From contig ACYB01000027.1 in assembly GCA_000175855.1 (NCBI GenBank), forward strand, positions 870 to 32,869: a stretch of 32,000 bases of DNA. Direction: 5' to 3'. Of the stretch, positions 1-8,516 are shown piece after piece. The first letter of the stretch is position 1. The number at the start of each line of letters is the position of its first letter. Source of the DNA: Raphidiopsis brookii D9. GTDB taxonomy: Bacteria; Cyanobacteriota; Cyanobacteriia; Cyanobacteriales; Nostocaceae. The position numbers and the translations under genes were made by a program. Below the pieces are notes generated by a model. The model saw only the letters and a program-made list of their open reading frames with translations, was not told where the DNA came from and did no database searches.

Positions 1-9
1 GGATTGCAT

Positions 10-3000
10 TCAACCTCTTAATAAAAATGCTGTTAAGGAAATTTGCATACTGGTAGGTTTAATTCCTTCATCCAAAATTAGGTTTAACCTATCCGTATCT
101 TCGAACAACTGAATAATAAATTTCTCATCATCCAAATTTGATTTGTCCCCATCTGTATATTCCTTCAAAAGTTTTTGTACAGATTTTCCCTCTTTCCAGG
201 TATTCAGTTTTTTTAGTGTACCTTTGACCTTACTACGGTCTAACTTATCTGGGAAACTATCCAGCTTATTCAAACGACGTTGAATTTTGGTAATCCGTTC
301 TGAAGTGATATTAATATTTTCCAGGGTTTCTAGTTCTTTTAGTTCTGCACTACCTTGTTCCTTGAGTTTCACCAGTTCGTCATAAATTGATTCAGCTAAT
401 GATATTAAATATTTTGAAGAAAATACATTGTTAGCTGCTGGGGTTTTAATAGCAGTGGCGATCGCCAAACCATAACCATCTTTTTCTCCTGTGATATTGT
501 TCCAAAATAGGGTTTTTTGCTTATTTTTTATAAGTTCACCATTGGGTCCGAAATATTGCACTGTTAGTGCTACTAATCCGGATGGTTGGTTTGGTTCATT
601 GATTCGACCTAGAGCAATGGGATTTGGTTGGTAATCATCGCCCATTTTTTTTAAAAGTTCACTCAGCTCTTCACTGTGTAATATTTCATTTTGGGTATAA
701 ACATCTCGATTGGTTTCTTGTTTTTTATAAGCATCCTCCTGTAAATTACCTTGTTCCATTTTTCTAGCTTTAATGAGACTTTGGATAAAATCCACATATC
801 CTGGTAAAATTTCGCCATCAAATAATGTATCACCATAAATAGAAGATCCTAATGTACCGGTATCAGAAATAGGGGAAATATTGTAATTATATTCAAGACT
901 TGTCTTATTTTCCTGTTGTTGAGATATTTCTCCTACTAACTTTTTATGTAAATTTTTTAGGCGAGATGCTTGTCTTAATAGTTGACTTTCACTGTTAGCA
1001 TAGTAAACGTAAATATATTCTGCCTTATGTTGTTTCGGTCTATCAATCCTGCCAATTCTTTGCTCTAAAATCATGGGATTCCAAGGTAAATCAATATTAA
1101 TTAAATAATCCGCATCTTGTAAATTTTGACCCACCGATAAGGTTTCTGAACCAATTAATACTTTAATTTCCTCTTCTGCTTGAGGAAGTTCTTCAAGATT
1201 TTTACAGGTAGCATGTGGAGCAAATAATCTAAAGATACTTTGGCGATCGCAAACAACTCGACCTCGATTAGGTTGTAGTACATCAGCAGGATTTACTCTT
1301 TGTGGTTTATCTGAATTGTCGGGATAATATAATTTTGTGGAACCAATTAACATCCCAATACCCTTAGCTGCGATCGCACCATCACGGGTCATGTGATGAT
1401 AATAATCAATTACAGTATCGCTAAAGGTAGAAATTAGTAGTACCTTATGACCAAGTTTCACTAACTCACGAACTTTTTGGGTAACTTGTTGTTTTTTGTG
1501 ATCAACAAAAAACTCATTTTCTAATAGGGTGTGAATTTCATCCAATTGTTGTAAGTCTTTTTTACAATCATCCAGCATGCGATTATAAATCCTTTGGGCA
1601 CTGTCAGGATCATTCTGTAGATTACCTGTGAAAGTATCTATAGAACTTCTTAATTGTTGACGGTTTTGTTCTGGATTTACTTGATTTTCTTCTTCCTCCT
1701 CATCTTCATAATCCTCATCTTCATAATAATCTAAGAACTTGTCTGAGTTATCTTTTTTATCGGAGTTAAAATTATAATGGACTAGTAAAAACTCCTTTAG
1801 TCCCTCCCCATCAAAAGAAACTGATTCTAATCGTTTCTGCATTTGTTTAATCCGGTAACCAAAACTCTCAATAGTTCTACCCAAAGCATACATACTAGAT
1901 TCAGCTCTTTGTAAGAAAAAGCGGCGCTGGTTAGATAACAAACTACGTTGTTCCACATTACTGGTTAAATAACGAATAGGGTCAGCAAAAGGAATATATA
2001 AACTAGTTTCAAATTGGGTGAAAATTTGCTCTAGCGCTAATTCAGTACTCTCTTCAAATTGTACTGGTAACCATTCCGCCACTCGTTTGGCATACAAGTT
2101 TAAATCCGGAGTAGCTTCTCGTAGCATTTGCCTGGTCCGTTGAAGAAACAGTTCCCGATAGGTGCGGCGAAATAGTTCCGTATTGTCAGTAAAGTTTTCC
2201 ACACCAGTTTCGCGATTTTGAAACCAGTGGGTTACTTCTGGGGGGAAGTTTAAATCATTAAAACCTTCTGGACGACTAATAAAGGGTGAAAGGATATTAT
2301 AAATATCTTCTCGGCGATTATTCCAGGGAGTGGCGGTTAAAAGCAAAAAATAACGTTGCTTGCCAGTTTTTCTATCTTGTTCTTGTATCTCTAAACAAGT
2401 TTTGTGAATACGGTTTCTATAATTGCGAATACCTTCGTGGGCCTCATCAATAATTACTAAGTCGGGTCCCCCATAACGACCAAAGTCTGCCAAAAAACCA
2501 CCTTTACGACTCATGAGGTTTTTATTATAAAATTCGTAATCACGGGATTGAAACCCTAATTCTGCTAGTTCTCTTTCCCAGTTAGGATGAAGTTTTTTAG
2601 CAGCTATAATAGCAATTTTAGCTTGTGCATTTTGTTGAAAGTATAATTTAGCTACGGTAGCGGCTAAACGGGTTTTACCTAAGCCTACTGCGTCTGCACA
2701 CACAGCTACACCAAAATTTTTCATCACTCTTAAACAATGTTGAGCGCCTGACTTTTGGTGTTCAAAGAGGGTGCTATTATTTAACAGTTCATCTAATAAA
2801 TCACTGCGTTCTACTTGAAACTGTTGGGGTTTTTGCCGTGCTAACCAATAAAGAAAGTCACTAGGTGTGCCATGATTACCCGCTAAAATCATTTCTACTG
2901 CTGGTTTAAATCCCTCAATTTCTGCAAATTCAGGAATTTCTGGGGAATGAGTAACCACCGGAGGTTTTTTCGGTGCTATTTCATAACTTTGTTCAGTAGT

Positions 3001-4251
3001 TCTTACCTTAAACGCTTTTAAAAGTGTTGGTGGATGATTTGTGTTTATGGTAATTTGACCGGAAATACGCTCCGGTTCTTTACTATTAATGGTAACTTGT
3101 ACCAGGTCATTATCAACAATTTGGATTTCTTCTACGTGGTCTAGATTTTGACCGGTAATTTCAACCTTGGTAGTCTTTCCTGAGGGAACGGTGTGGGGAG
3201 TGATAGAGTCAATAATTGGTGTTTTTAATTGACTGCGACGTTCCTTTTCTGCTAGTACTTCCTGGAGGAATTCTAAACTGATATCAAATGCTATATCTTC
3301 CCGTTCCCATTCCTTATCAAATTGACGAATGTTCTCTAATATGGTTTCTGTATCTAGTTCATCCCAGGAATATAAAAAAGTGATACTTTCAGCATTTCGG
3401 GAATAAGCAGCGCGGGTCAAGTTGTCTGAACCATCGTGTTGAATATGATATCCTAGGGAGTCGCTGAGGATTCCTGTTTTTTTATGATAAATGGCTCTTT
3501 CTGAGTCCATTTTGATTAGTTTAATCACCATAAATCCTAATCTGACTAACTCAGCTAATATTTCTGTATGATCTAGTTCTCTATCTTTTAAATTTCGTAG
3601 AAACTCTTGTAAGGTGCGTTGGATAAACCGAGTGCGATAATTAGGGTCATGAAGTTTTTCCAGTTCTTGAATATCGGACTTTTTAGTAAATCCTTGCCAG
3701 TCCATTAACAAGCGAATTTTTCCTTCTGCTTGAATAATAGCAGCCAATGGTTCTTCATATAATTTCAGAATGCTACTATCAAAATAGGCTGTGGAACGAC
3801 GATAAATTTGACTGCGCTCTAATACTTTACTAAAAAATTTATGGTACTTATCCAAATCATTGGGCAGATTGAAGCGACGCTGACGACCAGAGATTTCTCG
3901 GAAACTACCAGTTAATAAAGCTTTTTCTTTGGTGACATTTTCTAGATCCAAGAATTTTTCAATAATATTCAGCTTGGATGTTCTCAGTAAGCTCGTGCTG
4001 GGTAAGTCATTTTGCTTGATGGGGGTATACGTAAAGACCTTGCCAGCTTTTTGGTCTATTCTTAATAGTTTATAAGTTGTTTGTTTTTTACTAGCACCTA
4101 AGAATCTAACAACTTTATGTAGCAAGTTATCTGCATCACGATGTTTAAAAACCAACCAATACTGATTCTCAAGCCCTTTTATGGGTGTACCTTGGATGAT
4201 GTAGTAAGGACGCTGTTTTCGGATCAGTTCTTGGATAAAGGTGTCCAGCAT
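10..4251 (-). CDS. Phospholipase D-like nuclease / IPT-TIG-like / SNF2-family DEAH helicase multidomain protein, putative defence protein
   Basis: Complete 1413-aa ORF. N-terminal PLD signature YHKKTGILSD...HDGSDNLT (about aa 255-280), IPT/TIG-like segment PIIDSITPHTVPSGKTTKVEITGQNL (about aa 345-420), Walker A ADAVGLGKT (about aa 519-527), DEAH box (VIIDEAHEG), motif III LLLTATPWNN, and helicase C motifs VLIGSETLSVGQNLQDADYLINIDLPWNP and LEQRIGRIDR. Confidence 0.9.
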   Translation of the reverse strand: MLDTFIQELIRKQRPYYIIQGTPIKGLENQYWLVFKHRDADNLLHKVVRFLGASKKQTTYKLLRIDQKAGKVFTYTPIKQNDLPSTSLLRTSKLNIIEKFLDLENVTKEKALLTGSFREISGRQRRFNLPNDLDKYHKFFSKVLERSQIYRRSTAYFDSSILKLYEEPLAAIIQAEGKIRLLMDWQGFTKKSDIQELEKLHDPNYRTRFIQRTLQEFLRNLKDRELDHTEILAELVRLGFMVIKLIKMDSERAIYHKKTGILSDSLGYHIQHDGSDNLTRAAYSRNAESITFLYSWDELDTETILENIRQFDKEWEREDIAFDISLEFLQEVLAEKERRSQLKTPIIDSITPHTVPSGKTTKVEITGQNLDHVEEIQIVDNDLVQVTINSKEPERISGQITINTNHPPTLLKAFKVRTTEQSYEIAPKKPPVVTHSPEIPEFAEIEGFKPAVEMILAGNHGTPSDFLYWLARQKPQQFQVERSDLLDELLNNSTLFEHQKSGAQHCLRVMKNFGVAVCADAVGLGKTRLAATVAKLYFQQNAQAKIAIIAAKKLHPNWERELAELGFQSRDYEFYNKNLMSRKGGFLADFGRYGGPDLVIIDEAHEGIRNYRNRIHKTCLEIQEQDRKTGKQRYFLLLTATPWNNRREDIYNILSPFISRPEGFNDLNFPPEVTHWFQNRETGVENFTDNTELFRRTYRELFLQRTRQMLREATPDLNLYAKRVAEWLPVQFEESTELALEQIFTQFETSLYIPFADPIRYLTSNVEQRSLLSNQRRFFLQRAESSMYALGRTIESFGYRIKQMQKRLESVSFDGEGLKEFLLVHYNFNSDKKDNSDKFLDYYEDEDYEDEEEEENQVNPEQNRQQLRSSIDTFTGNLQNDPDSAQRIYNRMLDDCKKDLQQLDEIHTLLENEFFVDHKKQQVTQKVRELVKLGHKVLLISTFSDTVIDYYHHMTRDGAIAAKGIGMLIGSTKLYYPDNSDKPQRVNPADVLQPNRGRVVCDRQSIFRLFAPHATCKNLEELPQAEEEIKVLIGSETLSVGQNLQDADYLINIDLPWNPMILEQRIGRIDRPKQHKAEYIYVYYANSESQLLRQASRLKNLHKKLVGEISQQQENKTSLEYNYNISPISDTGTLGSSIYGDTLFDGEILPGYVDFIQSLIKARKMEQGNLQEDAYKKQETNRDVYTQNEILHSEELSELLKKMGDDYQPNPIALGRINEPNQPSGLVALTVQYFGPNGELIKNKQKTLFWNNITGEKDGYGLAIATAIKTPAANNVFSSKYLISLAESIYDELVKLKEQGSAELKELETLENINITSERITKIQRRLNKLDSFPDKLDRSKVKGTLKKLNTWKEGKSVQKLLKEYTDGDKSNLDDEKFIIQLFEDTDRLNLILDEGIKPTSMQISLTAFLLRG

Positions 4252-4340
4252 TTGAGGTTAAAAATGTCTAAAAATCACAGGTGCGGTTTGAGGAAATAAT
4301 TATTTTGATTGTAGCAGATGAAAAATAACTAATGCAATAT

Positions 4341-5396
4341 TTACTCAATGGGCCAGTTTGGTATGGTTTGATCAATTGATCGCATGAGTTTAATAGTTTG
4401 CTGTAGTGCTATAACTACGCGCTGATAATGTTGAATATCATCATCAGTTAGGGTGCGTCCCTTACGATCCTTGAGCCATTTTTGACAAACTTGATAACCT
4501 CCTATATAAAAGTTCCAAACTTCTTCGGGTACTCCCAAAAATTTGTCACCTTTTTTGTTGATTAATACTGCATTTTGGGTATATTTAGGATATCCCGCAT
4601 CTACTATTGAATTACCTCCATTTGGGGTAAATTGGGTGATAAGGTTATTTAATTTGGGTGATTTCATGAGGTGCAGGGCTACTAATTGTTCTCCACATTC
4701 TGCAAGTTGACAAAATAGGTTATTGTTTCTGGTGAGGGGAACGCGGGGGAAGTCTATTTTCAGAAATTCAGCGTAGCGTGTGCGGTAGGTGGGGGAGTGG
4801 AAGATGGCATAGATATAGTAGAATATGGTTTCTGGTGTGGGGAGATAACCCAGGTTTATTTCTATTTTTTTGAGGAACTTTTCTGAAAAGTTGGGGCGTT
4901 TTTTTTGTTGCAGTTCTTGCGGTTGATTTGTGTCGGGGTAGAGGTAAAGGGGAAAAACAGTTCCTCCACCTCTACGAAAAATATTTTGATCTATAATTAA
5001 ATTACAAATAAAAATGACATCCCAATAAGTTGATCCTATTGCTGCTCCTTGTCTTCCCAAGACTATGCCATAATTCAGATATAGAAAATGTTGCATAACA
5101 CGATAATTTAATCGTGCCACAAATTCTTGATGGTAAAAGATAAACCTTTGATCAAATGGTCTAAATATTTCTTGCTTAATATAAGTTTCTATTTCTTGAT
5201 CTGTGATACATTCTCTAGCTGTAGAAGCATTCCATTTATCTTTATCAAATAATTGTAATCCAAAGATATCAACTACTTCTTGATCACTTTTATTGCTGTC
5301 TAGAAATTTTACTATGTTATCTTTGATTTCCTTAAATGAATAATTAATAACCAGTTTATCTCTCTTAGTAAGACATCCTAAAGAATATTCTTGCAT
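4341..5396 (-). CDS. C-terminal fragment of type ISP/IIG-like restriction-modification methylase (target-recognition domain)
   Basis: 351-aa ORF with YSLGCLTKRDKLVINYSF, FRPFDQRFIFYH and IFHSPTYRTRYAEFLKIDFPRVPLT segments characteristic of the C-terminal part of this methylase family. Confidence 0.75.
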   Translation of the reverse strand: MQEYSLGCLTKRDKLVINYSFKEIKDNIVKFLDSNKSDQEVVDIFGLQLFDKDKWNASTARECITDQEIETYIKQEIFRPFDQRFIFYHQEFVARLNYRVMQHFLYLNYGIVLGRQGAAIGSTYWDVIFICNLIIDQNIFRRGGGTVFPLYLYPDTNQPQELQQKKRPNFSEKFLKKIEINLGYLPTPETIFYYIYAIFHSPTYRTRYAEFLKIDFPRVPLTRNNNLFCQLAECGEQLVALHLMKSPKLNNLITQFTPNGGNSIVDAGYPKYTQNAVLINKKGDKFLGVPEEVWNFYIGGYQVCQKWLKDRKGRTLTDDDIQHYQRVVIALQQTIKLMRSIDQTIPNWPIE

Positions 5397-5455
5397 AATA
5401 TCAGTAATTTTTAAAAACTGCCCATACTCTGCAAATAAATATGTATCTTGAGGAA

Positions 5456-6136
5456 TTAATAAATAAAACTCAGATTTTGGTTAAACCTTAGAAAACTTTT
5501 AAGTAATGTATGTAAATATCCATTTTCCCGTTCTTGCTTGTAAGCGATAGGTATTACCTGCTCAATCTGACGAGCTGCTTGTGCTAATTTTAGGGCCAAC
5601 TCTTTGGCGGTCTTGATTGGTTCATAAAACACCCATTCCACTAAAGGAACAGACATCAGTACTTTAGTAGCAATAAATATTTCGTCTTGTGTAATTCTTT
5701 TTAGTCTAGACAGTAACTGCTCATCATCATAACTAAAAGTTTGAATTTGTTGCTGACGCAATTTACCTTCTCCAGGAAGGATTAAAGAAATCCTACCAGA
5801 TGACCCATTGGGTAAAATTAGATACATGACGGGTTGTTCCTCAGCTACTCGACTGATGTAATGACCGTAAATATCTTTTTGTTGCGCTTCCTCAGTGAAA
5901 AATCTTTTAGCCTCTAATTCACTTAAAGACACCAGTTCTTCATAAAAACCTACTGCAATAGGGCAAGTTTCCGCTGCTTCCTCTTCATCATTACCAGGAC
6001 GTAAATACCAAAACCGTGAACCTTCCCGATCCAGTTCTTTCACCGGATATCCTAACAATTGCCGTAATGCTTCCACACGAATTTTTTCGTCTTGGCTATT
6101 TCTGACAATTTGTAACTGTCCTGATGTGAAGGTCAT
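5456..6136 (-). CDS. N-terminal fragment of the same methylase
   Basis: 226-aa ORF. RITQDEIFIATKVLMSVPLVEWVFYEPIKTAKELALKLAQAARQIEQVI...YLHTLLKSF resembles the region preceding the methyltransferase core; reads into a stop right after. Confidence 0.55.
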   Translation of the reverse strand: MTFTSGQLQIVRNSQDEKIRVEALRQLLGYPVKELDREGSRFWYLRPGNDEEEAAETCPIAVGFYEELVSLSELEAKRFFTEEAQQKDIYGHYISRVAEEQPVMYLILPNGSSGRISLILPGEGKLRQQQIQTFSYDDEQLLSRLKRITQDEIFIATKVLMSVPLVEWVFYEPIKTAKELALKLAQAARQIEQVIPIAYKQERENGYLHTLLKSFLRFNQNLSFIY

Positions 6137-6316
6137 TTTATTCCTTTCTTTAATTTGTCTGAATGTTATAGAGTTAAAATGTTATAAACTTAGTCGGATA
6201 ATGATGTTATATGATCATAACACTACCCGAATCTACTTAGCAAGCTTACTTGCTTGTTTTTATTACGTTTTATTAAGCATTGGAGAAAGGCGATCGCTCC
6301 TCAGTCTAAACTCCAG

Positions 6317-7966
6317 TTAAAATACTTGAGCTAAAACGAATGCAAATGCTGGGAGTTGAAGATGGATTTCTCCTGTTGATAATTTAGTTGCTTCACCAGA
6401 CGTAACAACTAATATCTTTAGTTGAGTGAAATCTCCATAACCATGGGGAGGTTTAAAACAAAAGTCAAATATGTCCTTACCCATATTCATGGCAACCAGA
6501 AAAGAATATTTTTCAGCTGGATCATGAATCAGCACGCACCGAATTCTATGATTTTCGTATAGTAAGGTGCGTCTACCATTTTTAATTAATTTATATTGCC
6601 AACGAGTTTCAGCAAGTTTGTGAATCAGTACAAAAGTAGGGTGGTTTTTATTGTAGGGTTGAAAAGTTTTACGGTTAATTGGACCAAATTTCCAAGTACA
6701 GGCGGGATTATCAAACATATCTTCTCGTACGTAACAGTCGTGACCCATAGAATCTGGTTTTTTTTCATCCTCATGCCATCCTAATGCACCATCAAATTCT
6801 TGCTCTGTTCCTTGATAAATAGAAGGTGTTTGTGGTCCCAATATTAAACAAGCCAGAGCAAAATGTACGCGAATACGTGCTTGGTCTCGATTGTGAGTAC
6901 GATGTAAAAACTCGTGGAAAACCCTGCTGGTGTCGTGGTTGTCTAGAAACATAATATTATTTTGCCAACCAGCATAATAGGAATGTGATGGTTCCAGGAA
7001 CCCACAAAAATAATCTACCAAACTAGATAGCCAATTAGCATCACCCAATGAATGCTTAACTCTATAGTAGGTAGGATAATCAATCAAACCGGAAAATTTG
7101 GCCGAGTTATATTCAATCACCTCTTCGTGGGTGCTCCCCGCATGTTCAGCTATTTGCAAAAATTCTTTTTTTCCTAAAACGCTTGCATATCTTGATATTT
7201 CTTCTACGCAGGGTTCCCAAAAATCTAACCCAACGTGGCGTGCAGAGTCATAGCGAAAACCATCAATATCAGTTTCACCAATCCAGTACTTTAGATGTTG
7301 GATTAGTAATTCACGAACATAAGGGGTTTCAGTGCGCCAGTCCTCTAAAAAGCCAAATAGTCTTTGATTAACCATGTCTGTGTATTCTGGTCCATGAAAT
7401 AGCAATGTATTCCTTGCTTCTATGGGAAAAGGCATAACCGCAGATTCATCACCCTGTATGTATTTGAACTCTCCCTGTGGTGGTCCACCATATTCTGGCC
7501 AGTTAATGCTATCAGCAATGTGATTAACAATTACATCTAGAACAATGGCAATATCCAGTTCATGAGCCTTTTTGACCAGTTGACGTAAGCTGTGAATTGT
7601 ACCTAAACGGGGATCAATCATCAATAAGTGAATAGGATGATATCCATGATAGCCATCTGGAGCGTTGACGTATACGGGACTGAGAATAATTACTCTGATC
7701 CCCAGAGACTTGAGGTAATCCAAATGCTCGGTTACACCCGCAATTGTACCTCCATGACTTGAATGGGGACAAGAAAGGTCATAGTTAACTAAGCTTAAAC
7801 GACTACGAATTGGATGTTTGCTGCGGGCAAATCTATCAATCATGATAGAATAGAATAAACGTGAGTTCCAGTTTTTAGGACTGGATGTCATGGGTACAGA
7901 TGGTTTTGGTCCGTAAACATGGTGATTATTAACCATTCCCAAAAATACGGAGGGAATCTCTTTCAT
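6317..7966 (-). CDS. Glycoside hydrolase family 13 (alpha-amylase-like) protein
   Basis: ORF 6317..8035. GH13 motifs: VLDVIVNHI, GFRYDSARH (nucleophile Asp), LQIAEHAGS (acid/base Glu), FLDNHDTSR. The likely true start is the ATG at 7964-7966 (MKEIPSVFLG), because the upstream extension overlaps another coding frame. Confidence 0.85.
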   Translation of the reverse strand: MKEIPSVFLGMVNNHHVYGPKPSVPMTSSPKNWNSRLFYSIMIDRFARSKHPIRSRLSLVNYDLSCPHSSHGGTIAGVTEHLDYLKSLGIRVIILSPVYVNAPDGYHGYHPIHLLMIDPRLGTIHSLRQLVKKAHELDIAIVLDVIVNHIADSINWPEYGGPPQGEFKYIQGDESAVMPFPIEARNTLLFHGPEYTDMVNQRLFGFLEDWRTETPYVRELLIQHLKYWIGETDIDGFRYDSARHVGLDFWEPCVEEISRYASVLGKKEFLQIAEHAGSTHEEVIEYNSAKFSGLIDYPTYYRVKHSLGDANWLSSLVDYFCGFLEPSHSYYAGWQNNIMFLDNHDTSRVFHEFLHRTHNRDQARIRVHFALACLILGPQTPSIYQGTEQEFDGALGWHEDEKKPDSMGHDCYVREDMFDNPACTWKFGPINRKTFQPYNKNHPTFVLIHKLAETRWQYKLIKNGRRTLLYENHRIRCVLIHDPAEKYSFLVAMNMGKDIFDFCFKPPHGYGDFTQLKILVVTSGEATKLSTGEIHLQLPAFAFVLAQVF

Positions 7967-7979
7967 GGAGCGAGGAGCT

Positions 7980-8329
7980 TCATCGCAAACAAAACAAAAA
8001 ATGGGATATTTCACTGATATGTTCAACGCCATCAATATCTATGTAACCTACTCTATACTGATATCCCCCACCATTACCAATAGGGGAAGAATAACTGAAA
8101 ACATCTTGAAGCCATTTTCAATTATGCCTTCCGTTTGTGTTGTAATGCGATCTATATCACAATACCCCTTTCCATCATTCAACTCATAAACTACCTGTCC
8201 AAAATCCGGATGTTTAGACACATGAACTCCAAAGGTAATAGAGATTTTTTCTTGATTTCTAAACACCCAGTTATAGGGTGCAATATCTGGATCTAAGTGT
8301 ACTTCACAGTATTCATCAAAATAGTGCAT
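7980..8329 (-). pseudogene. Small conserved-looking protein upstream of the GH13 gene, split by a 1-nt frameshift
   Basis: ORF 8048..8329 (93 aa) has a natural-looking continuation in another frame from about 8111 to a stop at 7980-7982: LQDVFSYSSPIGNGGGYQYRVGYIDIDGVEHISEISHFLFCLR. Confidence 0.45.
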
Positions 8330-8516
8330 GGTCAGAACTGGATTTACTAACAGTGTTTAGGTATTGCATATTTGCGGGATGATTTAAGATTTTCTCCTAA
8401 TTTGAAAAATTTCTCTTTTGTTCCTCGCGGCGATCGCCTGCTAAAAATTCTTCCGCTCATTATATATCATCCTGTGCAGGTGCAACGCCTGGAAAATCTA
8501 TGGTGACTGAGAATTC

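Larger units (their letters stand above)
4341..6136 (-). pseudogene. Internally deleted type IIG/ISP-like (Eco57I-class) adenine methylase: N-terminal and C-terminal specificity parts remain, catalytic core missing
   Basis: N-terminal ORF 5456..6136 ends YLHTLLKSF then out-of-family residues and a stop. The C-terminal ORF 4341..5396 extends in frame upstream to about 5480 (PKSEFYLLIPQDTYLFAEYGQFLKITDI-MQEYSLGCLTKRD) and ends with a typical target-recognition region (IYAIFHSPTYRTRYAEFLKIDFPRVPLT). No NPPY/DPPY or SAM-binding motif in either piece. Confidence 0.75.

Noticed and set aside
6126-6320. 64-aa ORF on + strand
   Set aside because: No recognisable family, low-complexity hydrophobic stretch, lies in the spacer upstream of the methylase fragment; probably spurious.
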